The notes beneath the pieces were generated by a model, which saw only the letters and a program-made list of their open reading frames with translations, did not search any database and had not been told where the DNA came from. A DNA stretch of 64,000 nucleotides from Chiloscyllium plagiosum (lineage: Eukaryota): contig NC_057719.1 in NCBI RefSeq assembly GCF_004010195.1, forward strand, positions 67,149,065 to 67,213,064, in the 5' to 3' direction. A program made the position numbers and the translations under genes. The stretch's first letter is position 1, and each line of letters begins with the position of its first letter. This document shows, piece by piece, positions 1 to 12,460 of the stretch.

Positions 1-1011
1 ATCCGATGCTTGCTTATAAAGTACGGATTCATTAAATTCAGTTTCACAACTTGATATATGATATGTAGATATGAACCTTGGTTTTCTTGTGAATATAGTT
101 TTTGGTGGGTTATGTTAAAGTTCTGTACTTCAGTTTTGGATGAAACAAAGAGACAATAAATCACATCAACACAGTCCATCAAATGAATTGGTGCGACGTG
201 ACACCTTTAAGTTTTTTTAAAAATCTGCATGACTCTTCTGTGAGTTTTCTTTTCAGTTGTAACGTGATATTTACTTTTTAGTGAAAACAAAAGTTTAGAA
301 ATCTGGATTCAAAGTTAACTAAATGCTCAGAAAATACACATTTCATCTGGATCAAGAACCTCATGTCCTGTTTTTTTTTTTAGCAATTTGGCTATTCAGC
401 CAACTTCATCTGGGATGGTTTTTATAAATTCAAAGGGTCTAGGAAAATATAAGGAAACCTGATTTCATACAATTACTTGCTATCCAGTGACATATAATGG
501 AAGAACCATCTGCACAAGACAGAACTGAACTAGACAGTGCAGTAAAACAGTGCTTGTCAGCAAGCTAAATTTATATATGGAGAACTGCCACGTCAATAAA
601 AATGCCAAAAAGAAGGATAAGAACAGAAATATGGATTACTAGTAGTTTGGATGTACTGGCCATAACTCACATTAATAACAAGCAGAAAATGTTTGACAAT
701 TAGCCTTGTAATGAAAAAGATTCCTACAAACTTTCTTTACCCCAAATAATTCTGAAACTAAGTAAAAAGCACTTGTTAAGGGGCAGGGAACCATAATATA
801 AACATCCATCCACAGACCAACATCTACGAATTTTAAAACCCTAAATATGTTGTTTTCCATTTTGACATCTAACATTCACATACCAAGAAAAAGCACGCAT
901 AATGTTTAACTCTTTATTTCAAACACATTGCAAGAATATTTAACATTTCCCCATCACCCACTAAAATAGGTTAGCTTTGTTACATTCAAGCTATAAGTCA
1001 GCGTCCAAAAT

Positions 1012-1355
1012 GATGTAGCAGTAATACTACCAGAGTAATAATCCAGATAATAAAAAAACTAATGCTCTGTCAATCTGGAATTCAAATTAGTAGTTGATGA
1101 AATTCAAATTAATGAAATATGGAATTGAAAGCTAGTCTCAGAACTGGTGACCATGACAACTATCATCTCTGGTTATAAAAACTCATTTGGTTCCTTCAGG
1201 GCAGGAAATCTGTCTTCCCTACCTGGTTTGACCTACAGTGATGTGGTCAACTCTTAACTGCCCACGACAATGGTCAACTAAACCACTCAGATCAAGGGCA
1301 ATCAAAAAATGGTCAAAAGATGCTGACATTTTCAGAAGTGCTAATAGTTCATAAT
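1012..1355 (+). mobile_element. Degenerate tRNA-derived SINE (family also at 22730-23035)
   Basis: Similar to 22730-23035 throughout (gtaatccaga..gaattcaaatt..ggaaatctg..ctcttaactg..tcaagggcaat). Confidence 0.55.
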
Positions 1356-2449
1356 TCATTTGTTTTATTTTCATCATTGAGGAAGGAATAGTTCAACATA
1401 AACAAAACTACCTCCTAGCAGAGCAAAGAAACCAATTAGAAGGCAGGTTATTGAGCAGAATAAAAATGTTTTTCATTTGTTATTATTAATTATTCTGTTC
1501 ATTTAATATTCTGCAACATTGCCTTTAACCCAGCATTTACGTTAAGGGAAACAAATTATTAGTTCTCCTGCGATCTGCTGAGCAGCTAGCCATTCTCTAC
1601 ATCAATTATTACTTGCAAGGGTACTTTTCGCACCAATATGGAGTGTATCACATGACAGCATTTTCACTGGGAAATAATTTACATCTAAAACTAAGCAAGC
1701 AGAAACACACAAAATGTCAACACCCACATGACAAAACAAGTTAAAAAGACACGCAGGATGCCTCTGCAACACAGCTGTAAGTGGTTGAAAGCCTACGGCA
1801 AAAGATTCAGCTTTTATGATCTTAAATATGTTAGGTTCCCCTTTGAAAGTGAACATACATATCTGAAAAAGCACAGCTACTGAAATGGCAGCTGAATACC
1901 AAATGTGAGCAATGTTGCATTTATAAAAATTGCCAATACTGTTGTTGGAAAACAAAAAGCTTAACTTTTATTTTAGAAAGGAGCGACATATATATCTGAC
2001 AAGAAGTCCTTCTGTGTGGTTCCACTCTGACCAGACACTTTTTCTTCGTATATAACACGGGTTATATACGTTACATGGGAAGATAATCCACACTGACAGC
2101 TAATCCTTATTAGTAAATTAAAAGTATGGCTAAGAGCAGTAGAAATTATCTTAATGCTTTCTTATTTGAAGTTCCTCTTCAGATTTTAATTTTAAAAAGG
2201 CACTAGTAACTTTCCGGTTTGGTCAAGATTAAGCTGGCCTGTTGAATACCAATTGTAATCATTCCTTCTCCAACCTTCTCAGGGAAATTAGGGATGAGCA
2301 ACAAATGCCTGCTTTGCCGACAATGCTCAGACCCTATGAAAAAAAAAGAAAAGTCGTAATACTTCAGCTTTCAACTCTTTCCCTCCCAGCCACCCTTTCA
2401 ACAAACTATCATCTTTCTCCTACTGATTTCCAGCTCAGATTGTGGGTTA

Positions 2450-3093
2450 GGTTGTAAGTTTGATCGCTGAGTTGGTAGATTTTTTCCTCAGACATTTCGT
2501 CATCATGCTGGGTAACATCATCAATGAGCCTCTGATGAAGCGCTGGTGTTCTGTCCTGTTCGCTATTTATGTGTCTTGATCTGTTATAGTGGGTGATACC
2601 ACTTCTGGCTCTTTTTCCAAGAGGTTGGTAAATGGCTCCAAATCAATACGCTTGTTAATGGAGTTCCAGTTTGAATGTCAGGCCTCTAGGAATTGCTGTG
2701 CATGTCTTTGTTTAGCCTGGCCCAGGATAGATGTAGGAATTCCTAGAGGCCTGGCATTCAAACAGGACCTCTATTAAGAAACATATAGATTTGGACCCCA
2801 TTTACCAAAACTCTCAGAAAAAGAACTGGAAGTGCAATCACCCCCTACAACCTTATGCTTTCTTATTTGAAGTTCCTCTTCAGATTTTAATTTTAAAAAG
2901 GCACTAGTAACTTTCCGGTTTGGTCAAGATTAAGCTGGCCTGTTGAATACCAATTGTAATCAGACCAAGACACATAAATAGCAAGTGGGAAAAGACACCA
3001 GCACTTCATCGGAGGCTCACTGGTGATATTACCTAATATGGTGACGAAACGTCTGAGAACAAATCTATCAGCTCAGCGAGCAAACCTACAACC
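2450..3093. mobile_element. Penelope-like element remnant: inverted pair of 3' ends including GIY-YIG C-terminal sequence
   Basis: The left arm on the minus strand translates TSILGQAKQRHAQQFLEA*HSNWNSINKRIDLEPF. The right arm on the plus strand gives EFLEAWHSNRTSIKKHIDLDPIYQ. The arms are reverse complements and each carries a hammerhead motif. Confidence 0.75.
3016..3057 (+). ncRNA. Minimal hammerhead ribozyme motif, core mutated (CUGGUGA)
   Basis: CTCA-CTGGTGA-t-attacc-taatat-ggtgac-GAAA-CG-TC-TGAG. Stem I is CTCA/TGAG. A mirror copy lies at 2487-2528 on the minus strand. Confidence 0.65.
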
Positions 3094-3094
3094 A

Positions 3095-4013
3095 GATTAA
3101 TGTGTAAAATTAAAGGACATGATTAGGGGTAGAGCAGTAAAGTGAATAGAAAGTTGGTTAGCAGCTAGGAAACAAAGTAGATAAAAGTTCGCCTTTCTGA
3201 ATGGCGGGCAGTGACTACTGGGAGACTACAGGGATTGGTACTAGAACCCCAGCTATTCACAATATATGTTTATGATTTATATCAGGGAAATAAATTTACT
3301 ATCTCAAAATGTGCAGACGATACACAGCTGAGTGGAAGTGTGAGCTGTGAGGAGGATGCAGAAATGTTGCAGTGTGATTTGGACAGGCTGACAGAGTGAG
3401 CAAATGCATGGCAGATACAGTATAATGTAGATAAGTATGAAATCATCCACTTTGGTAGAAAAAATGTGAAGCAGATTATTATTTGATTGGCTGTAAGTTG
3501 AGAGAGGACAATGTTCAATGTGACATAGATGTTCTTGTGCACCAGTCACTGGAAGTAAACATGTAGGTGCATCAGGCAGTTAAGAAGGCAAGTTGTATGT
3601 TGACCTTCATAGCGAGAGTATTTGAGTACAGGAACAGAAATGTCTTGCTGCAATTATACAGGCCCCACATGGAATATTGTGTGCAGTTTGGTCTCTTTAT
3701 CTGAGGAAGAATGTTCTTGCTAACGATTGCAGGACTGATGTATGAGGAGAGATTGAGTCAGTTCGGACTGTATTCACTAAAGTTTATAAGAATGATAAGA
3801 ACAGGACTAGAGAGTTAGATGCAGGAAAGAATGCTCCCGATGGTAGGGATGTCCAGAATCAGGGTTTGTAGTTTAAGGAGAAGGGATAAAGGACTGAAGG
3901 GAAGAAAAATTTCTTCACCCAGAGAATGGGTGAGCCTGTTGAATTCATTATTCCAAAGTGATTGAAGCCAAAACTTTGTGTGCTTTCAAGAAGGAGATAG
4001 ATATAGCTCTTAA
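3095..4013 (+). mobile_element. Old CR1 LINE, RT 3' fragment (3' tail resumes at about 6827-7000)
   Basis: QGLVLEPQLFTIYVYDL..ISKCADDTQL, a decayed CR1 RT QGSVLGP/FADD motif set with many stops. Confidence 0.85.
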
Positions 4014-5094
4014 AAGAGTCATAGAGATGTACAGCATGGACACAGACCATGCTGATCAGATATCCTAAATTAATCTAGTCCCATTTACCATCATTTAGCC
4101 CACATCTCTTCCTATTCAAAAACCTATCCAGATGCCTTTTACAAGTGTAATTGTACCCTTCCACCCAGTACCCTTCCACCGACACCCTCCTTCGACTGAC
4201 CGAACTGGTCCTCACCCTGAACAACTTTTCTTTCCAATCCTCCCACTTTCTCCAAACAAAAGGAGTAGCCATGGGCACCCGCATGGGCCCCAGCTATGCC
4301 TGCCTCTTCGTAGGATATGTGGAACAATCCATCTTCCGCAACTACACTGGCCCCACCCCCCATCTTTTCCTTCGCTACATTGATGACTGTATCGGCACTA
4401 CCTCGTGCTCCCACGAGGAGGTTGAACAGTTCATCCACTACACTAACACCTTCCACCCCGACCTCAAATTCACCTGGACAATCTCGGACTCCTCCCTCCC
4501 CTTCCTAGACCTTTCTGTTTCTATCTCAGACGACCGAATCAACACGGACATCTACTACAAACCAACCGACTCCCACAGCCACCTGGACTACCCCTCCTCC
4601 CATCCTGCCCCCTGTAAAAACGCCATCCCATTCTCCCAATTCCTACGTCTCCGCCGCATCTGCTCCCAGGAGGACCAGTTCAAAATACGTACAACACAGA
4701 TGGCCTCCTTCTTCAAGGACCGCAACTTCCCCCCCGACGTGGCCGACGGTGCCCCCCACCGCATCTCCTCCACTTCCCGCTCCTCCGCCCTTGAGCCCCG
4801 CCCCTCCAACCGCCACCAGGACAGAACCCCACTGGTCCTCACCTACCACCCCACCAATCTCCATGTACAGCGCATCATCCGCCGTCACTTCCGCCACCTC
4901 CAAACAGACCCCAGCACCAAGGATATATTTCCCTCCCCTCCCCTATCAGCTGTCCGTAGAGACCACTCCCTCCGCGACTCCCTCGTCAGNNNNNNNNNNN
5001 NNNNNNNNNNNNNNNNNNNNNNNNNNNNNNNNNNNNNNNNNNNNNNNNNTGCTGGAACAGCACAGCAGGTCAGGCAGCATCTAGGGAACAGAAG

Positions 5095-5130
5095 ATTCGG
5101 CGTTTCGGGCACATGCCCTTCTTCAGGAAT
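5095..5130 (-). ncRNA. Minimal hammerhead motif with U16.1>C change
   Basis: Reverse complement reads ATTC-CTGAAGA-A-GGGC-atgt-GCCC-GAAA-CG-CC-GAAT. Confidence 0.75.
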
Positions 5131-5440
5131 GAGCAGAGAGTGTTCAGCAGGAGAAGATAAAAGGTAGGGAGGAGGGACTTGGAGGAGGGGAGTTGGGAAT
5201 GTGATAGGTGGAAAGAGGTCAAGGTGAGGGTGATAGGTCGGAGTAGGGTGGAGGCGGAGAGGTCAAGAAGAAGACCCTTCTTGCAGTCTTCTGCAGTCTT
5301 CTTCTTGACCTCTCCGCCTCCATCCTACTCCGACCTATCACCCTCACCTTGACCTCTTTCCACCTATCACATTTCCAACGCCCCTCCTCCAAGTCCCTCC
5401 TTCCTACCTTTTATCTTCTCCTACTGAACACTCTCTGCTC

Positions 5441-5476
5441 ATTCCTGAAGAAGGGCCTGTGCCCGAAACGTCGAAT
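5441..5476 (+). ncRNA. Minimal type I hammerhead ribozyme, intact core
   Basis: ATTC-CTGAAGA-A-GGGC-ctgt-GCCC-GAAA-CG-TC-GAAT. Stem I is ATTC/GAAT, stem II GGGC/GCCC, stem III the palindrome ACGT. Predicted cleavage after GUC at 5472. Confidence 0.85.
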
Positions 5477-8400
5477 CTCCTGTTCCCTGGATGCTGCCTG
5501 ACCTGCTGCGCTGTTCCAGCAATAAAGTTTCAACAAATGTAATTGTGCCAGCCTCCACCACCTCCTCTGGCACCAGCCTCAGCATGCAAGAATTGTCACT
5601 CATGTTCCTTTTAAATCATTCTCCTCTCATCTTAATACTGTGCCCTCTAGTTTTGAACTGCCCTACCCTGGGGAAAAGGTCTTGGCTATTCACCCTAATC
5701 ATGCCCCTCAATAATTGTATAAACTTCTATAAGGTCATCCCTCAATCTCTGACACTCCAGGGGAAAACATTCCAGCCTATTCAGCCTCTCCCAATAGTTC
5801 AAACCCTCCAATCCTGGCAACATTCTTGTAAATCTTTCTGAATCCTTTCTAGTGTCACATCTTTCCTAAGGCAGCGATACTGGAACTGAATACAGTATTC
5901 CAAAATGGCCTAACCAATTTCCATTACAGCCACAACATGACCTCCTATACTCAATGCACTGACCAACAAAGAAAGCACACCAAACACCTTCTTGACCACT
6001 CTACCTACACGACACTCCACTTTCAAAGAGCTATGAACTTGCACTCCAAGATCTTGCTGTTTAGCAACCCTCCCTAGGACCTTACCATGAAGTGTATAAT
6101 GCCCGTAGCAAAATGCAGCACCTCATATTTATAGAAACTAAAATCTCTCTGTCACTCCTTGGCCTATTTGGCCAACTGATCAAGGTCCCATTGTACTTTG
6201 CTGCCCATTACACCACCAGTTTTGGTGTCATCTGCAAACTTACTAACCAGTTCTCCTATATTCACATCCAAATCATTTATATAAATGATAAAAAAAAAGC
6301 CAGCAGACACAGTAATGATCCTTGCAGCACACTGCTGTTCATAAGCCTCCAGTCCATAAAGCAACCATCCATCACCACTCTTTGTCTTCTAACTTCAAGC
6401 CAATTTGTATCCAAATGGCTAGCTCTCCCTGTATTGTATGTGATCTAATCTTGCTAACTAGTCTATCATGTGGAACCTTGTCTAACACCTTATTCAAGTT
6501 CATATAGATAACATCCACGCTCTGCTTTCATCAATCTGCTTCATCACTTCTTCAAAAAACTCAAGTTAATGAGACACGATTTCCTATGCACAAAGCTATG
6601 TTGACTATTCCTAATCAGTCTTGCCTTTCCAAATACTTGCAAAATCCTCTCTCTCAGAATCTCCTCCAAGGACTTATCCACCGCTGACATCAGGCTCATC
6701 AGTCTACAGTTTCCCGGCTTTTCCTTACCACTTTTCTCTATAATGGCACCATGCCAGCCAACCTCTACTCTTCTGGCACCTCACAATATTTTAGCAAGGA
6801 GTCCAGCAATCACTTCCCTAGCTTTTTGTGGCTAAAGATATTGACCTGGAGTGGTGGTGGGGGGATGGGGGGTGGTGGTGGGCGGTAGTGTGGAGGAGGA
6901 AGGCGGCAGGATTAGGATGTTGATGATCAGCCATGATGATTTTGAATGATGGAACAAACTCAAGGGATGAAATGGTCTACTCCTGCTCGTACCTTCTGTT
7001 TATATCTTTCACACCATAATCACAGCTCTCTAACAACAGTGTATAATTCTCAGGTTTTCAAATCTTAGCTCAATAGTCATTAAAATCTAGGCTATAAGTA
7101 GTCCTGAAATATTTAGTTTTACCAGAAGTAAAGCATACCCACGTACAAATTACTTTGAGATAATATAACTTCACTTTGTTGAAATAACACAAATTTAACA
7201 TATGCAGTCTGTAATGGAGAAAATGTTCCAAAAACACTGAGAATATGGAAATGGATCTATTTTATTCATATCTTCTTCTTTCACATTATACAGCTACTGG
7301 GTCATGTTCTTCTGTGATGTTTAACCATTTATTTTACTTTCTCCCCAGCTGTTGTACTTTGTCATATTTTCACTTTATTTAGGCTTCTGTTTCATTGACT
7401 GTTTTCTAAATGATCTCTCTTCCTGCTCATCACCTATTCCCAATTGCTCAACATCTTACTTTTAACCCCTGCTGCCTGTAACGTTTTGCTACTCTCCAAC
7501 AACAAAAATGCTTCCATTTATATAGCCATTAATATAGCATTCCAGTGTTAAAGGAAGGCAATCAGACATAGATTCTTCCATTTGCCTTGTGTTTTTATTT
7601 TTCAAAGCTTTTAAAACTTTACTGAAATTAATGTAGTAAGCATGTTCCAACTTCTGACAATATTTACACAGATAATTTTTTTTGCAGGGTATATAGAGGG
7701 GATTATATGGTATCTCTTTAAGTCAGGGGAAAGGACGAAAAAAATAGCAAGTGTAAACATAGGCAACAAGGAATTCCATTGCATTCAGAAGCACTCTAAC
7801 TTTACATCATTCATCATTATTTTCGTCCAGCTGGCATACCTTCTCCCAATGGCTTGAGCAACTACAAAACTGGCTCTTGCTGCATTGCTGGCCTGCACAA
7901 AGTGCTCAGTCTGTCAACTACCAGAGACCTTGGCTTTCATTGCCTGCAAAAGTATTTTGCCTGTCGTCTTAAGATTTTGTTTCCCTTTCAGGGTGTGTTC
8001 ATCAAAATGCGCTTGTAATATTATTTGCTGTTAACTCTGATCTCACAAACTTGCATAGGTTTTTTTTGCATTAGATTCTGGTCAATTTAACACCATTTTA
8101 CTTAACTTTTCATTTGTCTAATTCGTTAGGTACAAAGAATCATTGCATCCACCCCAATGGAACATCCCTCTGATTCAAGGTGATGGCCACCACTACTTAA
8201 ATGAAAAACCTCACTCACCAGGGTCATCAACAGACATTCTTGCATGCTCAGTCCAAATACGCGCTCTCGATTTCTGAATCTAACTTTGCAGGTATTGACC
8301 AAATCATATGCAGTGTTAGATTACTGCAACACAAATAGAACAAAATGCTGTCTCTTGCATTTGCCTTTACCTTTTATCCATAACAGTCAGTAACTGCTGT

Positions 8401-8719
8401 GGTTACTTTCCATGCAGAGACATATTATCCGCAGGATTCTCAAAGTCGAACATGAATACCAACCCAAACGGGTGTTGCTTTTTAATTTGATAAAGGGAGA
8501 GATTTAGAAAGCAGAAGCCTTCATATTCATTCCCTCTGTTCTCCAAATATTAGGGATGCTTTAACTACTGAGTGAAAGGTTCAAATTATATTTTAGCTCA
8601 ACTTTGCTATTTCCAGAAATTTTGTTTTGCTCAAAGATATTTTACAAGCGAATTTTACAAGTGAGTCATGGTAGTGAATTGCTGAAACTGTCACTATTTA
8701 CAAATATGAGTGTCTGTAC

Positions 8720-8888
8720 CTTCTGAGATAGCTTCAGTAGCTCTGCGAATGCCACGGTCAAATGCTCTAGCATCAGCAGGACTCTGAAAGGTAAGTCCAA
8801 ACTTTTTATCATCTATCTTCCAGTGGTGAAAAATAGGCGTAACCTTGTTGTAAACTAGATCCTTCTTCAGAGCACATTCCAAAACCAC
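8720..8888 (-). CDS. SPRED1: SPRED1 coding exon 3 (EVH1 domain, C-terminal half), 169 nt
   Basis: Bounded by gtgcAG| and |GTACAG. Translation [56 protein letters not shown](G). Phase 0 start matches exon 2. Confidence 0.96.
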
Positions 8889-9554
8889 CTGCACATTAAA
8901 ACAGCAAAAAGGATATATTTTAAAATTGTTTTATATACATTTGCTAACCATGTTTATAACCAAGAAATCAAACACTGTCAGTGTCTCTGTTTAAATTTTC
9001 TAATCCCAAGACATTCAGAAGTAGAATTTAAATAGTTGAAATAAAATAAATGCTCCAGATTGTGTTAAAGTGAATATCCAATTTAAAAGCATTTTTAAAG
9101 ATTCCATATTTAAAAATATCAATTAATAGCCTGGACTAGTAATAACTTTTAAAAAGGTCAGTCTCATCAAGCATTCACTTTTTTAAACAACTACCGTGAA
9201 TATTAAAGTATCTAGTGCTGCTTCTGACTCCAGTACTTACTGAGATTCACCAAAATGGTATTTTCTTTAAAAGGTCAGGCAATACAACACATATTAGAGT
9301 TAATGTACATGTACCCAAACTGGTTCGTCATCAATGGCTATTCCTCCAACTTAACTTCAGATATGGCTGGAATGTTTCTTTAAGATTGTGCAATATTCAG
9401 CACCTTTCATAATTCCTCAGACACTGAAGCAGTCCTTCTCCAAATGGAGTATGACCCATACAACATCCAGGGTGATCCGCAGTAAGTAAGTAAAATTCAA
9501 CTCACTCAGCTTGTCTATCTCCAACATAGAGATTTTAACCATTTTGTCTTGACA

Positions 9555-10185
9555 TTCAATGGCACTACAATTGCTGAGATGGGAGTTAACTAGGAACTGA
9601 ACTTCGATCAACCTTGTAAACACTGTGGCTGCAAGAGCAGGTCAGAGGCTAGGAATTCTGTATAACTCACCTCCTAATTTGGCAGGCCAGTCCACCATTA
9701 ACAGGACACAAGTCAAAACTGAAATAGAGTATCCTCCACTTACCTGGTTTCATATGTTCCAACAATATTCAAGAAGCTCAATGCCATTTGGAACAAAGCA
9801 ACTTACTTGAGTGGCACTCCAACTACCTTAAACATTTAGTTTCTCCACCATTGGTGCATGTATTTAGCACCGAGAAATTACATGATAAAAATGCTCCATG
9901 AGTCCTTAGATAGCACTTTCCAAACCCATGGCCTCTACCATCTGGAAGCAGTAAGGCAGCAGATGCATGGGTACACCACCACCTGCAAGTTCCCTCCTGA
10001 CTTGGAACGATATTGCAATCCTTTAACAGTCACTGGGTCAAAATCCTGAAACCTTCCTTCTTAATAGCATTGTAGATCCACCTACACTCCAGTGACTTTG
10101 GCAGTTCAAGAAGGCAGATTATTTCTACATTCTCAAGGGCAACTGGGGATGGCAATAACACTCACATCCTGTTAGCAAATTAAAA
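9555..10185 (+). mobile_element. Old CR1/L2-type LINE 3' fragment (family B)
   Basis: AARAGQRLGIL..STINRTQVKTEIEYPPLTW. Homologous to 27290-28365, 40140-42150 and 45475-46075. Confidence 0.7.
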
Positions 10186-10225
10186 ATCACCATCTCCTCT
10201 TCATCTTAGAACAGTGACTTGATCA

Positions 10226-10440
10226 TGACAAAGTTAAAAATCACACAAAACCAGGTTATAGTCCAACAGGTTTATTTGGAAGCACTGGCTTTCGGAGCAC
10301 TGCTCCTTCATCAGGTGGTTATGGATGAAGGAGCAACGCTCCAAAAGCTAGTGCTTCCAAATAAACCTGTTGGACTATAACGTGGTGTTGTGAGATTTTT
10401 AACTTTGTCCTCCCCAGTCCAACACTGGCACCTCCAAATT
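10226..10440. mobile_element. Short palindromic Penelope pLTR pair with hammerhead motifs
   Basis: 10227-10312 is the reverse complement of 10325-10409. Minus-strand motif CAC-CTGATGA-A-GGAGC-agt-GCTCC-GAAA-GC-CA-GTG at 10283-10317. Flanked by a ttgatca direct repeat (10219-10225, 10441-10447). Confidence 0.8.
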
Positions 10441-11544
10441 TTGATCACCTGCCTATTCTGTTTCAAATAGCTAGGAAGATATCACTTATCCTTGACCCCT
10501 TTTGACCCAAATCATTTGCTGCTTTTAAAATCTGCACTTTTGGGGCAAATTGCTTGTCTTGTTTCAGAGAATCGTGGTTGCATAAAAATGGAATAGGAGA
10601 AAATATCTCAATGGACACACTCTCCAAGTTTCTATTTTCTACCCTGATACTTCCATTACATAATTTCAGTTTAAATTTCTTAAATTTGACCCTTAATCAA
10701 TCAATTTTACACAAGATTGTGTTTCTGTTCTTTTTGACATGCTTTCCAATTCAAATGGTGACCCCCCAACTCCACACAGTATTCTAATTCACAATACACT
10801 GCAGGCCATATGATTATTCTAGACTGCTATAAGACAAGGCTATAATTATGTCTTACAAAGGTTTCAAAATCCCAAAGCAAAACTACTTGCTTTTGTCTTT
10901 GAGGGGACAAAATAAACATCACAAGTCAACACTGAAGCCTCGCTTATATAACAAAAACATATCTATGTCATAAAGAGAGAAAGCATACCTAAAACATTGA
11001 CTGTGATATACCTTGAAGTATAAGTTAGTGGTGAAAGTCCAATATTAATTTTATATTTTAGTAAAAAGGTTTCCAATTTTTTTAGAATGATTATTTGCAA
11101 AATTCATAATGAATAGAAGATGAATAGCCTAAGAAATAACTGTGACCTAGAGAAGTGGACTTTTAAAAAAAAATTACAATCCAGGGTGTTACACAAAATT
11201 TAAAATTAACAATATCTTCCAATGATATTCAAACTGGATTAAACATATCAATACGCTATACATCTGTAGGTAATTGATATCTACAGATATTAAAGAGAAT
11301 CTTTTCTGGTCCAAATATTTTCAATTGTGTAAAATCATCATTGGCAAGGAGGAGGGGCTAACTGGGTTATTTTATGGCCCTCCTGTCCTTAACAGATGCG
11401 ATTTTTCACACTTTTCATACTCATTTGCTTTCTTTTCTCTTTCAAAATAAACAGACATTTGTTCTCCCAAATCCATTTTTAAATGGCCTGAAACTGGTAT
11501 GAGCTTGCTCCCTATTAGGTATTCTACCTGATGCAACAATACAA

Positions 11545-12460
11545 TAATACAATGCAAAACAGCCCACTAAGTATACACTGATTCCCAATCTTTATTTAGA
11601 CTTGCTACTTATTGCCCAGTATCTATCCCTCTATTCACCTCCCCTTCATGTGGCTATCGAGTTACTCATTAAACATTGGTAATGTGCCTATTTCCACCAT
11701 CTCCACTAGCAGTGAATTCCAGGCACCCACCACACTCTGTATGAGAAGCTTCCCTGTACTGCTCCCTTAAACTGTCCCCCTCTCATCTCTAACATGTGCC
11801 CTCTCATAAGTGACCTTTCCACCCTGGGAAAAAGCCTCCGACTATTCACCCTATCTATGCCTCTCATAATTTTGTTGACCTCTATCAGGTTGGCCCTCAG
11901 CCTCCATCTTTCCAGTGACAATAATCCAAGTTTATCCAATCTCTCCGCATAACTAAAACTCTCCAGATCAGGCAACATCCTAGTAAACTTTCTCTGCATC
12001 CTCTCCAAAGCATCCACATCCTTCTGGTAGCATGGTGACCAGAACTACACACAATATTCTGAAAGTGGCCCAACTAAAGATTTGTACAGCTGGACCACAA
12101 CTTGCCAACTTTTATGTTTGATACTACATGTAATGAAAACAAACATGCTGTATGTCTTCTTGACCACCTTATCCACCTGTGATGTCATCTTCAGGGACCT
12201 GTGAACCTGTGCGCTCAGATCCTTCTGTATGTCGATGCTCCTAAGGGTTCTGCCATTTATTGTATAATTTGCACCTGTATTTGATATTCCAAAATGCACC
12301 ACCTTACATTTGTCTGGATTAAACTCCATCTGTTATTTCTCTGCCAAAATCTGCAATCTATCTATATCCCGTTGTATCCTTTGACAATCCACCTCACTAT
12401 CTGCAACTCCACCAATTTTGGTGTCATCCACAAACGTACTAATCAGACTGTCAACATTTT
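11545..12460 (-). mobile_element. CR1 LINE 3' fragment
   Basis: MEFNPDKCKVVHFG, LYKSLVGPLSEYCV and ALERMQRKFTRMLPDL..ERLDKLGLLSLE, the CR1 ORF2 C-terminus. Confidence 0.9.

Larger units (their letters stand above)
4158..5533 (+). mobile_element. Penelope-like retroelement (probably Neptune-type): RT fragment plus inverted pLTR pair
   Basis: Stop-free ORF of about 280 aa before the gap with LTLNNFSF..QTKGVAMGTRMGPSYACLF..FLRYIDD..PFLDL..YYKPTD..SSHP..IPFSQFLRLRRICS, which are PLE RT motifs. 5050-5276 is the reverse complement of 5296-5521. Confidence 0.9.
4014..6826 (-). mobile_element. CR1 LINE fragment split by a Penelope insertion
   Basis: Reverse-complement CR1 tail (gagtcatagagatgtacagcatgg) at 4014. 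IIYINDLDVNIGELVSKFADDTK at about 6230-6300 on the minus strand. Confidence 0.85.

Noticed and set aside
7840..7892. Possible SPRED1 exon 4 (minus strand, 53 nt, tgcAG|..AAG|GTATG, open frame GQQCSKSQFCSCSSHWEK, compatible phase)
   Set aside because: The peptide does not resemble the acidic linker I expect after the EVH1 domain; it needs RNA-seq support.
8219..8273. Minus-strand segment with a strong GTGAG donor
   Set aside because: In-frame TGA when spliced to exon 3; no supporting homology.
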